Source of the DNA: the human T2T-CHM13v2.0 reference genome, Homo sapiens
NCBI RefSeq assembly: GCF_009914755.1
Contig: NC_060943.1
DNA length: 64,000 nt
Reading direction: 5' to 3' (one strand)
Shown here: positions 1 through 17,577 of the stretch, piece by piece
Numbering within the stretch: the stretch's first letter is position 1
Layout of the letters: each line of letters begins with the position of its first letter
Position numbers and translations under genes: made by a program
Notes under the pieces: model-generated
Seen by the model: the letters and a program-made list of their open reading frames with translations, nothing else
Databases searched by the model: none
Told to the model about the DNA's origin: nothing

Positions 1-1709
1 TAGCAGGATATCTTCCGGGCTCACAAGGAGGCTGTGCATTTTACAGAACATTTTAATGTGATTATTTCACCTTGACTTATCTTCACCAGACAGCTTTGGG
101 CAAAGACGGCCAGGTAGCTTATATCTTATTGACTCTTCCTTCTATCCTATACCATGATTGAAACATGATGTAGGCTTCCAAAACCAGGCCATGAACCTTG
201 ATCTTAACTTTCTAAGCATGGGATAGACACATTTCCTTTCAATGTGTGCCACCCATCCACTTTGGATAACTATGAGCTGGGTCCACTCTGCCTGAGTCAC
301 ACATAGAAAGACACCTTCTCTTGGAGTTCCCAAATACCTCCATCCACTTCTCATACACTTGGTTATCTTCCTGCATCTACTGTTATCCAGTGTTATAGGG
401 GATCTGTAGCTTCATTCAAGATAACATTTGTTTGTTTCTTCTTCTCTTGTTTGCTTTGGATTGGTTTCATAAAGGAAATGAGACAAAAATATATTTATAC
501 TACCATTTGAAAAGAAAAGATAAATTCCTTCTTTCAAATTCATTCCTTTTTCTTTCTTTCCAGTGAATCTCATGGGGTGAGGGGAGCACTGAAGGGAATG
601 TCCAATCTACTCAAGTCCAAAAAGTCACAGGTATAAGGCACAGAAAATTTTACCAGTCTAATGATGGCAGTTTTAATGCTATATAAGGACAGACTATACA
701 AAAATGCTATTAATGAGGATGAGGAGCTACAGGAACAAACCTGATGAGGAACTGTAATTCTATTAGAGGGATGTATATAGCCATCATTTTTTTCTTTAAT
801 CCAAAACAATTAGATTGCTTATATACACAGCCACATTCAATTCTAAGGTATTTGATTGAAATGCACCAGAAGATGCAGATATATATATATACTTTTACCT
901 TAGCTTCCATTTTATTCTTTCCCTCCCATTTTATCAGTGCTATAGAGTACATTTTTCCCACTTGAGCTCAACATGCTGTTGTGCAGAAAGCCTTCTCTTG
1001 GGAGTTCCCAAAATGTTGGCCCAGATGAGTGCAGCAGACATTTGGCCCAGGTGAGCCTAGCAGATATTTACATGAAATATTAGGGAGCATCCATCTGGGC
1101 CATGTGACTTAGGCTGGCGATACACGACAGAGGATTCCAATTTGTTGTATAAATCACCCTTAGAGCCCCCAACAGTGAACACATAGGGGGTTCTTTTCAT
1201 TTTCATGATGTTTAATATAATCTTTAAAAATAATTAAAATTAGGTGAAGTGTGTAGATTTCTGAGAGATTACAGAAAGGCATTAGTTTTGATACCTCTTG
1301 CTTGTAGCATTTGACCGACATAAACAAACTAAAAGGTTTAAAAAGAACAGGGATTCTTCCCAGTGGTATAGGGCAATGGGTAGGGAAAAAAAGTTCAAAA
1401 TTGATAAATAGACCAATATTATTCTCAAAACTCATACCATTGTGATTGGGAAGAAATGAATACATATTACTTAGTCACATCATGTTACCATATACTTATA
1501 TTAACACAACAAAAAGGAAATTATACGAAAAAAAGTCATACATTTAAAGGATGGAAGAAAATCCTAGGTTTACTCAGAGCTCAAGATCCCATTGGGATGA
1601 ATATTGTTCTTTCCTCGGATTGTGCCTTCATTTCATTCATTCACTTATGTATGTATTTATTTATTTAGAGATGGGATCTATTTCTGTATTTATTTATTTA
1701 TTGATTGAT

Positions 1710-1974
1710 TGATGGAGTATTGCTCTGTTGCCCAGGCTGGAGTATAGTGGCACAATCATAGCTCACTGCAGCCTTGAACTCCTGGGCTTAAGTGATGCTC
1801 CTGCATCAGCCTCCTGAGTAGCTGGGACTGCAGGTGTTTGCCACCATGCCCCGCTAATTTTTAAGTTTTTTTTTGTATTGATTGGGTTTCCCTATGTTTC
1901 CCATGCTGGCCTTTAACTTTTCAGCTCAGCGATCTTCTGCCCTGGCCTCCCAAAGTGCTGGGATTACAGGTGTG
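1710..1974 (-). mobile_element. Alu (AluJ-like), antisense, with AT-rich tail to its left
   Basis: Reverse Alu text 'gatggagtattgctctgttgcccaggctgg...cccaaagtgctgggattacagg'; diverged, J-type 'atagctcactgcagccttgaactcctggg'. Confidence 0.85.
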
Positions 1975-2116
1975 TCCCTTCATTTCTAATGAAGGAAGGT
2001 TTTCCTTTGAATATCTCACAACAGATATTTTTAAAAGAAAGGCAGATTTGAGCAACCATCAACAAGGTTTACTTGAAAATTAATCTGATATTTACAAGTG
2101 CATTATATAACAGAAA

Positions 2117-2503
2117 TGTTACAGACTGAATTGTGCCACACCTACCCCAAAACTCTTATGTTGAAATCCTAACACCCAGTACCTGGAATGTGATTGTATT
2201 TGGAGATGGGTCATTAAGGAGTAAATTAAAGTAAAATGAGGTCACATGGGTGGGCCCTAATCCAATAGGACTGGTGTCCTTATAAGAAGAGGAGATGAGG
2301 ACACAGATACACGCAGAGAGATGACCCTGTGAGGATACAGGGAGAAGACACCATCTACAAGCCCAGGAGAGAGGCCTCAGGAGGCACCATCCCTGCTGAC
2401 ACCTTGATCTCAGACCTCTAGCTTCTAGAACTGTAAGAACAATTGTTGCTGTTTAAGCATTCCCATATGTGGGACTTTGTTATGGCTGCCTGAGCAGCCT
2501 AAT
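2117..2503 (+). mobile_element. MaLR solo LTR (MLT1A/B-like)
   Basis: Typical MLT1 text 'gttgaaatcctaacacccagtacc...ccctaatccaataggactggtgtccttataagaagagg...gacaccttgatctcagac...tttgttatggc'. Confidence 0.75.
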
Positions 2504-4632
2504 GGGAGTGCAAAGACTTTCTTTAAATAATGTATAACAATGTTGGTTTGGAAATGACTATCCAGTGTTGAGTTCAAAACTTTATCTTTATGGGTGCTGC
2601 TATGAGTGAGTGTCTAATTTGGGGGATAATATTGACATTCTTCGGGAGAAATGCAGACTCCAATCAGTGCAGAAAATGGCACAGAATAATGTTTAAATAT
2701 GCCCTCCAGGCCATAACATGGTTGGGTTAGGAGGAGGAATATTAACCATTCCCATCCTAAAACACAGAATTTTGGGTTTCTTTCTGTGAGTTCACCACCT
2801 CTGACCTTCACAGGTAAGGGACCATCACACAGACATCTGCCATTTTCATATAACTCTCTATCCAAACAAAGGCTGAAAATTCAGCATGGAGAAACTCTCC
2901 CAGCACCCGTGGTCATCCCCTTGACCTGCATCCCCACCCTGGGCACTGGTGTGGGGGTGGGATTCTTTATGAACTTGGGCCCCAATTCTGCTTTCCCTGG
3001 AAAGCTGGACCCACACAACATCACCCTCATATGCAGACCCTCATGTGTGGGCACCTGTGCCTACCCAGAGCTGGGGGTCTGCTCTAGGAGCTGGTTCAGG
3101 ACAGGATACTCCCATCCAATCTGTGCCCACCATAGAAAAGAGCCAGCCAAGTGCCTGCTACTACAGGGCTCTTCACACATGGAAAAGCTGCCCTGGGGAA
3201 GTGTCCCAGGAAAGGGCAGGGGGACAAAAAAAGGTCGCAGTGATTTGCCTCCAGACACTGGACACTCTTCCCTGGAGAGTACAGGGCATGCTGCTCTCCA
3301 AACCTGATCTTGCTACATTTGTGCTGCCCACAGTAGTGGTGCCACTGAGTTTTCAAAGAAGACAGCAGGCCCTGAATTGTGCAAGAAAAATAAGTGCTTG
3401 AATTTTGTAGCATGCATGCAGTGTTCTACTTTTAAGAATGGTACCAGGCTCCTCTGATATTCAAGAAAGGCCCCCAACAGCTCAGATGGTAGTTTTCTAA
3501 TCCTGTCTTCCCATATGCACATTTACCTCCTCCACCCAAGAACTGAATAACAGACATGAGTGCTCAGGACGTCATGCTGTCTACTGTCATCCCCTTCCTG
3601 AGACCCCCTCTCCAAATCTCTTGACAACCCTCTTCTTAGCTCCCTCTTTCTTTCTGGCCTGTTACACTCAACCTCTCCAGCATCCTAACAAGTACCCACT
3701 CAAACCTATTTCCTCCCCTGCTGTGCTGCTTCTTCAAAAGTGCTTTGCTTCTCATCCTCACCTTCTTTCCTTGCCCTCTTCCCTGCTTCCCTCTTCAAAG
3801 CACTTCTCAGCTACAAATGAGAAGGAAGCGATCTGATTAAACAGGTGATGAGCAGAGTCACATTCTGAGGGGATTTGCATTTTTAAAAGGAGATTAATGA
3901 CCACATCTGAAAATGCCACCCTGGAATCTTATGCAGAGTGACAGGGGATTGGGGATGAGCTCCATTCAGGGCAGGAAGTGAGAGTTTGGATCTGAAGTGC
4001 TTTTCAGATGCTGAAGTCATAGGAGGTTGCAGTTGCTTCCTGGGTGGAGCCATAAACAAACATCTCTTCTGCTGAGTGAAGTCTGAGAAGATAGAGGCAA
4101 TGGTGACCCAGGAGCTCTGGAATTATCTGGCTGTGTTACACTTGCAGGACTACACACATTTAAGTGTAAAAAGCATGCTTTTTGTCCACTTGGCTGACCT
4201 CTTAGCCTGCTCTCCTCTTATTGTTCCCTTGAAGGCATCATTTTTTAAAGAGAAATTTAAACTCCGTCCATCTCATCCCCTTTGGAAGAAAGTTAAGATT
4301 CCTTTCTGAGCTCTTTCATCATCTGGAGTTTAAAAGCTTCCCCTCCTCTGTCAACTCTCTTTGAATCCCTCATGTCACACCAAACTTCAAAAGAGACAAA
4401 TAATTTTGCATGACTCCCTGCAGGCTCCATTTTGCCCTGTAGTGACAGCCCCATGTCTTGACTTTCCTGATTGGAAAAACTTCTCAAGCTTTCTACATTC
4501 ATGATCTCTGCTTCTTCAGTGCAACCTTCTCCAGTTTGTCCCTGATGTCCAATGGTCCCTGCATTAATCCTGTCCAAGCCACAGGTGACCCTCATATCAT
4601 CTCAGCTTCTACTTCCCATTCCTCTCTCTCTC

Positions 4633-4760
4633 TTTTTTTTTTTCTGAGACAGGGGTGTCACTCTGTTGCCCAGGTTGATCTCAAACTGTTGAGCTCTAAA
4701 GATCCTCCGGCCTCATCTTCCTGAGTAGCTGGTAGGGGTGTGAGCCCTTCTGCTTGGTCT
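4633..4760 (-). mobile_element. Alu monomer (FLAM-like) fragment
   Basis: poly-T followed by 'gagacaggggtgtcactctgttgcccagg...gatcctccggcctc'. Confidence 0.6.
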
Positions 4761-5201
4761 CCAGTCCTTTGCTTTTCTTTTTTGACCTATACAACATTTG
4801 GTAGTTGATGTCCATGTTCATGTAATTGTCTTCTCTGGCTTCTTGGGGCCACAGTGCATTGCCTTCTCCCTCTTTTCATTTATTATCTTTTCATCTAGTA
4901 AGACCCATCATCCCCTAAAGATGTATATTTTCTTCAAAGCAAGGATTGGCGTACCTTCACAAACTGAGTCTCCAATGACAACATAAACTGAAATGCAATA
5001 TAAATCATGGACAGATGTGAGCTCATCTTCTGCTTCCTGTGTCCTCCGCTGGTTCTTCTTACCAACATCATGTATTGTTAAATAAGCGAGTGATATTAAG
5101 TTAGAGAATGGACTGAGTCCATTAATTCATTTGGCACGCTCCAAAGTCCTCACCTGAGATCTATCTACTCTCCAAATTACACTTGTTAGAAATACAGGAG
5201 G

Positions 5202-5602
<401 letters not shown>

Positions 5603-6274
5603 TCACTGAAGAACCAGCTTCCACCCAGTCCTTCACATTGTTCTCTTTTGGTAGTTTCTTGTCATTTCCTCCTTTTATTATCAATAGAGCTGCTGTGAAC
5701 ATGCATGTACAAGTTTCTGGGTGGACATATGTTTTCATTTTTATTGGGGGGGGTAGACATCAAAGAATAGAATTGCTGTGTTGTATGATGAGTCTGTGTT
5801 CTAACATTTCAGAAGCTGGACTTCAACTGCTTCCTGATTTCACCTTCCACACCATTTCTGTAGTGAGGCCCACTCCTTGGCCTTATAAGACCTGAATTAA
5901 GTTAGGTGCCCAGAGCCGTTCTGTCATCGACTCTGTTCTTTCCCTTGCTAGCCTGTGTAATAATTGGCAATCAGACCTTTACATGAGCAATGGTTTCATA
6001 TGTCTCCCCAACTATATTACAAGTTCCACAGGGGCAGGGCTATGTCTATCTCCTTGACCTCTGTATCTGCGATGCCTGGCAGAGGGCTATGAACACTGGT
6101 TACGCTCCATAAACACTGGGAGACAAAGAAGGGTGTCAGTAGAGTTAGTTTTTTTGCTTTTTTACCCCCAGAACTCTTAGAAAATAATTTGAGCTATTCC
6201 TTCAAGGAAGTCCTGGGGCAGGTGATCATTCATAGATGACATGAGGGAGTGCACAGCACATGAGTTTGCAGGAA

Positions 6275-6680
6275 AATGCAAACCCCACGTTGAAATTTGA
6301 TCCCCAATGTTGGAGATGAGGATTTACAGGGGGGTGTTTGGGTCATGGGGGCGGATCCCTCACGAATGGCTTGGTGCTGCCCTCATGGTAATGAGTGCGT
6401 TCTCTTTTCAGTCCTGCAAGAGCTGATTGTTAGAAAGAGCCTGGCACCTTCCTCTCCTCTTTCTCTTGCTTCTTCTCTCACCATGTCATCTGTGCACACA
6501 GCAGCTCCACTTCCCATTCCACCATGAGTGGAAGCTCCCTGAGGCCTCACCAGAAGCATATGCTGGTGCAATGCTTCTTGTATAGCCTGCAGAACTGTGA
6601 GCCAAATAAACCTCTTTTCTTTATAAATTATCCAGCCTCACTCAGGTATTCCTTTATAGCAATGCAAAACTGACTGAGAC
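6275..6680 (+). mobile_element. MaLR solo LTR (MSTA/MSTB-like)
   Basis: 'gttgaaatttgatccccaatgttggag...ctgcagaactgtgagccaaataaacctcttttctttataaattatccagcctca...gactgagaca'. Confidence 0.8.
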
Positions 6681-8029
6681 AGGGTATCAGGAGACCTAGC
6701 TTTGCCTGAATCTGAGAACTTCATCAGGACTTTTGGAACAATTTAGCCCACAGGTCCAAGGCTGATTTTTGTCACAGTGAAGTTCAGGTAGTAAGAATTC
6801 TCACTGGTGGCTGTTGAGGATGGTGGTGGTGGGGATGGGTCATATGGAGAATTAGCAGTGGGAGACTAGAAATTAAAGTGGAGAAAGGGAAGAATTAAAA
6901 GTCAAAAACAGTGTGAGGGAGGAAAGCAATGGATATAACACCTCAAATCTTTATCCTTGAGAGGCCTTAAAAAATCTACTTAATAATAATCAGATGCTAT
7001 TCTATAAGTACTTTGAGACTAGACATGTGATGACTTTTAGGAACCTGTACTGTGGCTGAAAATGCATGCAAATCTAGTTGACTCAGATCCAGTCTTAACT
7101 GGCTCATAACTTGCTTCATATGCATGACTGTACGTTAGCAAGGAAATGAGAGAGAATAACAGCACATCACATAGGCATGAAAAGTATTTGCAAAGCAGCA
7201 GTTCTCAAAAATGACATTTTGCAGTGTTTTCCAGAAGCAGATTCAGAAAACTGAAGACCAAAGTAATGATGGAGCCGTCTCATGCCTAGATGAGCAGAAG
7301 CATACCAAAGGCTTAGTATTTCCCCAAGTAGTAGGCACCTCAAACTTATTTAAGGAAAATACTCTTCTTGATGAAACAGATACTGCAGTCGAAGCAGGAA
7401 TGTGTTTGGTGTGCTGCCTTAAATAGCATGGGTAGATGTTCAAACATGTTAGGACTCGCTGGCCCTAGGAAAGACCCGCAAGTAGATACTTTCCACACCA
7501 GGAAAGTGACAATGAAACACCAAACACCTTTTCTCCTCTAATTACCAAGGAAAATATTTCTTTCCCAATGGTGGAAGACAATAATGTTGGGAATGATGAA
7601 GTTTTCTGGAGTGTGAAGTGGATATGTCTTATAAGTTTAATCCACAGATTCACCACTTCATAAGTGGATAATCGAATTGTGCCTCAGTTTCCTCAGACTT
7701 GGGGATATTAAGAGAACCCTCAGTCACCACAAGGTGGGTACCAGCATAAGAAAAGAGTGTAGCAAAAGCCCAGGGGTGCATGTTCTTAAAGTGCCTAGTG
7801 TGGGATTAGAATGACAAGTGGTAGATGACCTACTTGTGCAGAAATTTAGAGTTATTTTGTGATTTTCAAATGATCATGGGTGCTTTCCATATGCTGTCCA
7901 GACTAGGGGTGCTGCAGCTAGAAAGGGAAGAAGGTTTCCATATTTCCTGAGATTGGAGTCACATCCTCTCACCAATGCACTCACCTGCTGACTAACCAGT
8001 GTACTTCTGGGAATTGCAAATGCATGAAA

Positions 8030-9430
<1,401 letters not shown>

Positions 9431-10934
9431 ATAATTTACAATAATTCCTATTGTTTTGCATAAAACAGCTGTAGAAAGCTTTGCAGGTCATGAACAGCAC
9501 AGCTGGCCACTGGGGCTGGCGTGGGGCTAGGACCTGGGTGCATAGGGAACAGGGATGAGACACAGGCTCTTCATGCCTGCACACATATACAGATACACAC
9601 AGATGGAAATTACTGAGCCATCTAAATACAACACCTATTCAAAAAATCAAACAGAAAAAGGAAATGTAATGGGGCTGAAGGATGAGGGTAGGTGGGGTGG
9701 CTGCTCAGGAGGACTGTGGAGGCCACATCGCCTAACCTTCGAGGCCTCTCTTAGCAGCTGGAGTGCATCCCGGGGACTTGGGAGCTCTGGAAAGAGGAGC
9801 AGGAAAGGGCCATGGCCGGAGGAGGCCTGAAAAAGATCATCTCTGCCACAGAGAAGAAGCTGGCTCGGATGCTGCTGGCCCCTATGGAGACAGGGAGACC
9901 CGGGGAGACAACTGTATTCATTCAAGGAGGAATGGGTGGTGATGCAAACTTGGGTGGAGGCCACAGGGTGCAGAAGACAGGACACAGCAGAGAGAGATGT
10001 AGGACATGGAAGGGACAGAAAGGAGTGACCACAGGACATAAAGGGGCAAGGAAAGTGGAAGCATGATAACATCTGCTGGGCATCCGGCTGAGGGGTTGGG
10101 TGCCTAGGGTGCCCTTCCCTAAGGGAGAACCCCAGGAGCAGATTCAGAGAAAACCGCCCAGCTCACTCCAGCAAGAATCAGAAAAGGACCGGTTAAAGGA
10201 GAGGGTAGGAAGGTCACCAAGCTCCAAGGGCCCTCATGAATCCGGCTTGGAGGCCACAGGGCCCAGGGCAAGGACAAACCACAGGCACAGGACAGCTCCG
10301 GTCAAGATCTTCTGGCTACTGCAGGAGGCAGAAACCACACCCTGCACCCTGCACTGCTGAGGCTGGCGCTGGAGTCCAGAAGCTTCTACACCAGAAGCTT
10401 CGGTCCCCCATCCCTGCTCAAAAAATTAAAACAAAAACAATAACAAATCGGTGTCATGCACCCTCTGCTTCCTGGTGCTGTTCGGGACCCTGAGTCTTTC
10501 ACGGGAGCACCTGATGGGGAAAGCCTGGACCCGTGTCGGTGTCCCTCCTGCAAGGAGTGCTGGGAAAATGAACTTTCCAGCTTCCTCCTTGCGAAGGCAG
10601 AACATTCCCCATGTGTACTGGTGGCATTTAAAAACTGCAGGGCAGCCAGAGAACATGGACTGTGTTCCACCGGGAGAGTTCCTGGCGGGATGTCCCGGTG
10701 CAGAAGCCCGTCCCAAGGTGGGTATTTGAGCTGAGGAACTGAGAAGCCGGTTTCTGCCTAGAGTTAGAGATCCGAGAGGCATCAGCACATGGAAGGGAGG
10801 GAATCTACGATGCCTCGAGGGTGGGAGATCAGATGAACCAGGAGAGGCAGGGCCCGGGAGGAACCCCGGGGAGCAGCCTCCTTTAAAGCCTGGGGGAAGT
10901 AGCTTCAGAGAAGGTGGGGTAGGTTGGGTGGGGG

Positions 10935-11833
10935 TTGCTGGAAAAATATAATTAAGAAACAAATTTCTGCTCAGCCCAGAAACCCCCCTCACATCCATAG
11001 AAGTAAAAGAAACTTGTCTTATGATTGAGTAAGCATTAAGCCAAAATGTGATGCAATCTGCTAAGAGATGACAAAGACAGAAAGAAATCCCACCTTTGTA
11101 TCCAGCCAAGCAGGTGCAACCCGTTACACACATGGTCTCCAGATAGATGGTGACTAGTTCCCAGTTGAGAGGACTCAACGGCACCATTTGTCACACGTAG
11201 TTCATCCTAAATTCACCCAGTAACTGTGTTGATTCTCTGTGTGGTTAATTGGCTTTATCCACAGGAAAAAGAAACCTCTCATCTATGACAGGAGGTAGTT
11301 TTGCAACTGGGAGTGAGATGCCCCCAGAACTGAGGTTCCTTCCTTCTCACAGAAACTGGGAGACAGGGGTGCTTTCTGCCCGGATGCCTGCCTTTCAAAG
11401 AGAGGTCTCCTATGGCCTTGAGGAGGAGAATTCTGGGTTGTGAGGCAGGCAAGATACTTATGTATGCTTTAGAAAGCTTTGCATACATCTTCAAGGGATA
11501 GAGAAAGAGTTTTCAATTACACCTCTTCTAAAAAAAATGATCTCAAAGTCCAGCCTAGGCAACACAGCAAGATCCTATCTCCACACACACAACAATAATA
11601 ATAAATTTGCTGGACATGGTGGGGTGTGCGTGTAGTCCCAGCTACTCAGGAGGCTAAGGAGGGAGGATCACCTGAGCCCAGGATGTTAAGGCTGCAGTAA
11701 GCTTAGATGGCAGCACTGCACTCCAGCCTGGGTGACAGAGTGAGACTCTGTCAATGAATGAATGAATGAATAAATGAATGAATAGAAAATGCTCTGAGTG
11801 AAAAGAGGAGAGTCTCTTTATCTTTTTGCAACA
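10935..11833 (-). mobile_element. ERV1-class LTR (MER34/MER39-like), interrupted by a 5'-truncated AluJ at ~11550-11784
   Basis: Reverse strand ends '...tttcttaattatatttttccagcaa', resembling recalled MER34/39 termini; embedded Alu right arm has an (aatg)n tail. Family and boundaries uncertain. Confidence 0.4.
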
Positions 11834-13015
11834 GGCTAAACAAAGTTTTTAAAAATGTATATTTGCCTCACAGAGATTATTCCAGGAAAAGAAGTGGCCC
11901 TCAGTGTCAAAGGATGCAAAACTAACCTCTGAGTTCCTGGCAGGTTTAGCAATAAAGGAGGATGTTGCTGATCTCAGTACAAGCAATGTTAGAGAAAGGG
12001 GAAGATGGAAGTGGACAAGGACGAGTGAGTGGAAGGTGACAAATGGAAGCAAAGAAACGTATCCAGACCATTGAAGATGCTTGAGCGAGAAGAAAGAGGC
12101 GGTGGAGGGAATGGAAGCCCGAGGAAGTCATATGTTGCAATAAGGGGCCTCAGAGCACGTGTAGAGTGTGGAGCAGAGCCCTTGCAGAGGGGCTGTGGAA
12201 GGCTGGCAGGGTGCAGGTGGCCCCACTCTCCGTCACCCTGAGGAGTGTGTGGTCAGAGTTAAAGCTCAGTCTGTTTCTGGGATCAGGTAAGAGGTGAGCG
12301 TCCGGAGAAGACAGGCGGATCTTCAGATCCTGCAGACCTCCACCGTGCCCTCTGTCCCTCTCGACTGCTTTTTCTCCATCTCCATTGTCTGGCTCACATT
12401 GGTGTCACTTTTTCATTTCTCCCTGCCCGTCTTTTCTCTTTTCTCCTCTCTTTTTCTTAACCCTTGTACCTTTGGAAGTCCCACTAACAGAATTTAAACA
12501 GCTTTTCAAGTTGGTTTTTTGTTCCCAGAAATTGATTTTAGACTCTCCATGAATAATGTGGAAATCAAATGAGTATAAGCTGGTTCATCTCTCTGCAAAT
12601 AAACAAATAAAATCTACATTCCAATGTTTCTTCTTCCAGAGTAGCCCGCACTTGATTTTTTTTTTAATTACTGTCACTTGCAATAGATTTTTAATTCCTG
12701 TAACCTGGCTACACAAATACCATGGGGCAAAAGCCTTACTTCCTGTGAGAGGAAACCAGGCTTGACTAGCCTCATGCTGGCTTTGAAGAAGTAAAATCAG
12801 GGGTTGATGAATTTGCATAGGGTAAATATCAAAGGTCAAAAGTAAACAATAGGTGGTAGAGGGAATACCCCAAATTATAAAAGAACAAACTGTTTAAGCC
12901 ACAACAGAATTATCGTAGAAATAAACCACGGTCCTTCCTGCTAAAATATTCCACTTAGAATTGTAAAATATTCTTCTCAATAACTCCTGGAAGAGCCTAC
13001 TCATAAATTAATGAG

Positions 13016-13455
<440 letters not shown>

Positions 13456-13919
13456 TCATTCAGGAAGCAGCTCTTGGCTTATCCCTGGGCTTAGTGGAAT
13501 TGGAATACCTGACCATAGGACACCAAGGGCTTTAGGACCTGAGTGGCACATCGTGTCCTGGTGACATCTGAGTTACCTGGGGCGTGCACAGCAGCCTCCA
13601 GCATCCCAGGGAGAGCTGTGTATGGGGTCAGGCTCAAGCAGGTCCCAGGGCACCAGTGACCCAATGGGTGAATCAGACTCCCGTGGCACCTGCTCCTTCT
13701 GTATCTCCCTCTGCCATATATATGAGCTCATGGGAAGCACTGTAACCTCTTACAGAGGAGGAAAGTTCATGGACTTCTAGCTTCTAGAACTGTGATACAA
13801 TAAACTCCTGTTGCTTATCTACTCCTCTGCAGTATTTTGTCATGGCAGCCCTAGCAAACTACTACAGGGACTGTGGGGGTTAGGATGACACCAAGCATCA
13901 AATGCCACTCCCTGTTCCA

Positions 13920-14815
<896 letters not shown>

Positions 14816-15217
14816 GGTATGCATGCTCATTTGAGGTGTTCTTCCCTTATTGAAGATTACTAAAATCACATGTGTTGAAAAGCATTTGGTATTATTTACT
14901 TAATTGATGAGTACCCATTTATTTTTACATTAATTTGATACCATGTATAAACAATATATAAACATAGGTATGGACATATACATATGTGATATGTGATACA
15001 GCATAGAACATATACTTGTGCACATAAAGATAGAGGGAGACAGAAATACTTCAGATTTTTGATTTTAAAACTTTATGCATGAACACATAAAACTCACTGT
15101 TAAAAAAAATAGCTGGATTTAAGTTGTGCTTTTGTAAATAGAAAAAGTTAACATTTATCTGAGGAAGCCCTTGCTGAGTTTTAGAGAAAGTAGGTAGTAA
15201 ATTTACATCTCAAAGCA

Positions 15218-15221
15218 CACA

Positions 15222-15255
<34 letters not shown>
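15218..15255. repeat. (CA)n microsatellite
   Basis: Direct reading. Confidence 0.9.
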
Positions 15256-15258
<3 letters not shown>

Positions 15259-15409
15259 AGAAGGAGTTTGGGTGTGTTCAAGGAAGATTAAAAGTAGATG
15301 CCAAGGTAACACAAAAATGATAGAAATTTATAACAGGATTTTATAAGGAGACCAATTTTATTTCCATACATAGCTTTTATTTTGGTCTCTGTTTTCCAAC
15401 TTTACTCCA

Positions 15410-15770
15410 GGAAACACACTACACAGGCTCCCTTCTTAAGTGCTGGTGGGCCACTGCACATGCAGACAGCCCACTTTAAGGGAAGAATCAGGGGAGAAGA
15501 GATGCAGACCCCAGAATTATGCCAACATACAAAAGCCTAAGTCAAAGGTCAAACCACACACTTGAAATCTCATCACCTGTTTGGCCCTGTTTTAAGTGTG
15601 CTTTACTTTCTTTAATTTCTGCTCTAAAGCTTTTAAATAAACTTTCACTCCTGCTCTAAAATTTGCCTAAGTCTCTTCTTCTGCCTTATGACACTTAGTT
15701 GAATTCTTTCTTCTGAAGAAGCAAGAATTGAGGCTGCTACAGACTTGTACAGATTTGCTGCCATTAATAT
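15410..15770 (+). mobile_element. MER50-like LTR, 3' half, within degraded MER4-group ERV sequence (~14830-18335)
   Basis: 'gggaagaatcaggggagaag...aagtcaaaggtcaaacc...aataaactttcactcctgctctaaaa...gaattctttcttctgaagaagcaagaattgagg' matches recalled MER50 consensus. Confidence 0.65.
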
Positions 15771-16184
15771 AGTTTAGTGCCATTCTACATGATAGAATAT
15801 ATATATTCTTATATTTATATATATATATATATATAAAATTTATGTATTCATAGAGGCCTTGAATCTACATTCTTGCTGCACTTTATGTAAACAATCCAGG
15901 TATAAGACTAAAACTTATTTTGGAAATATATTGGTCCCATATGATTTCTATTTCATAAAAATGGGAGACAGGAGGGGGAAAATTATTTTTCAGAAGGAAA
16001 CAACAGAAAAATGGTTATTACATTTTAGATCTGTTCATTTTTTTTAAATTTTGTTATTTACCTACAATTTGGACTGAATCCTAAATTTTTTCCTGGCTAC
16101 AAATTTCAAAACTAATGGTTTCAGAATTTTCTTCCATTTTTCTTCCATTTTGGTATATTATAAATTAAAACTGTGCTTTTTAAA

Positions 16185-17110
16185 TTTTTATCTTTTTTTA
16201 ATTACACTTTTAAGTTCTGGGATACATGTGCAGAACCTGCAGGTTTGTTACATAGGTATACATGTGTCATGGTGTTTTGCTGCACCCATTAACCCATCAT
16301 CTACCTTAGGTATTTCTCCTAATGCTATCCCTCCCCTAGTCCCCCACCCCTCAACAGGCCCCAGTGTGTGATATTCCCCTCCCTGTGTCCATGTGTTCTC
16401 ATTGTTCAACTCCCACTTTTGAGTGAGAACATGCGGTGTTTGGTTTTCTGTTCCTGTGTTAGTTTGCTGAGAATGGTGGTTTCCAGCTTCATCCATGTCC
16501 CTGCAAAGATATGAACTCATCCCTTTTTATGCCTGTATTGAATTCCATGGTGTATATGTACCACATTTTCTTTATCCAGTCTATCATTGATAGGCATTTG
16601 GGTTGGTTCCAAGTCTTTGCTATTGTGAATAGTGCCACAATAAACATATGTGTGCATGTGTCTTTATGGTAGAATGATCTATAATCCTTTGGGTATATAC
16701 CCAGTAATGGGATTACTGGGTCAAATGATATTTCTTGTTCTAGATCCTTGAGGAATCGCCACACTGTCTTTCACAATGGTTGAACTAATTTACACTCCCA
16801 CGAACGGTGTAAAAGCATTCCTATTTCTCCACATCCTCTCTAGCATCTGTTGTTTCCTGACCTTATAATGATCACCATTCTAACTGGCATGAGATGGTAT
16901 CTCACTGTGGTTTTGATTTGCATTTCTCTAATGACCAATGATGATGAGCTTTTTTTCCTATGTTTGTTGCTCACATAAATGTCTTATTTTGAGAAGTATC
17001 TGTTCATCTGCTTCACCCATTTTTGATTGGCTTATTTGTTTTTTTTCTTGTATATTTGTTTAAGTTTCTTGTAGATTCTGGATATTAGCCTTTTGTCAGA
17101 TGGATAGATT
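16185..17110 (-). mobile_element. 5'-truncated L1PA 3' end (~0.9 kb)
   Basis: L1 3'UTR plus ORF2 C-terminus (WRFLKDLE...IPLLGIYPKDY...[12 protein letters not shown]). Confidence 0.9.
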
Positions 17111-17577
17111 AAAACTTGCAAGCTGAAACTCGACGACTTATGTAAACTTCTGGATAAATCATAGCAACTTATATATAAACAACCTTTGTGCCTGCTGATG
17201 TGTGGACTACACAAAAGGTACACATGAACACTGTATTCAGACTGCAATTCAGAAAAATGTGTCACATTGCCATTGCAATTGGAAGATGCTTCAGAAACTC
17301 TAGAAAACCTAGTCTATAGGGTTAGAGTGATGTTTGCCAAACGAATTGCTCTAATTGAAGCAGCTGTTGTGTGACTTTAATAAGGTTCCAGGATTATACT
17401 GTCCCTTTTTTGCTGTGACTTCCCTTTGCCCTTTTCTGATTTGTCTTCATCCCCTTTTCCATGGGGCATGACTTCTTAAGAATGAGCCTTCCTAGTGATG
17501 TAGGATGAGATGAAACATACAGTCACAAAGTCATGTCTTCTATGATGCTTTATCTGAAAGCTTTTGAAGAATTGGGG

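Noticed and set aside
564-630. Exon-like segment on + strand (pyrimidine tract-CAG ... CAG|GTATAA)
   Set aside because: Weak donor, no recognisable peptide and no partner exons identifiable from sequence alone
2786-3307. 173-aa ORF
   Set aside because: Non-ATG start, no recognisable domain, overlapping ORFs on both strands; consistent with chance
10426-11187. 253-aa ORF, the longest in the track
   Set aside because: Runs from a probable LTR into GC-rich unique DNA; no gag/pol/env or cellular motifs recognised
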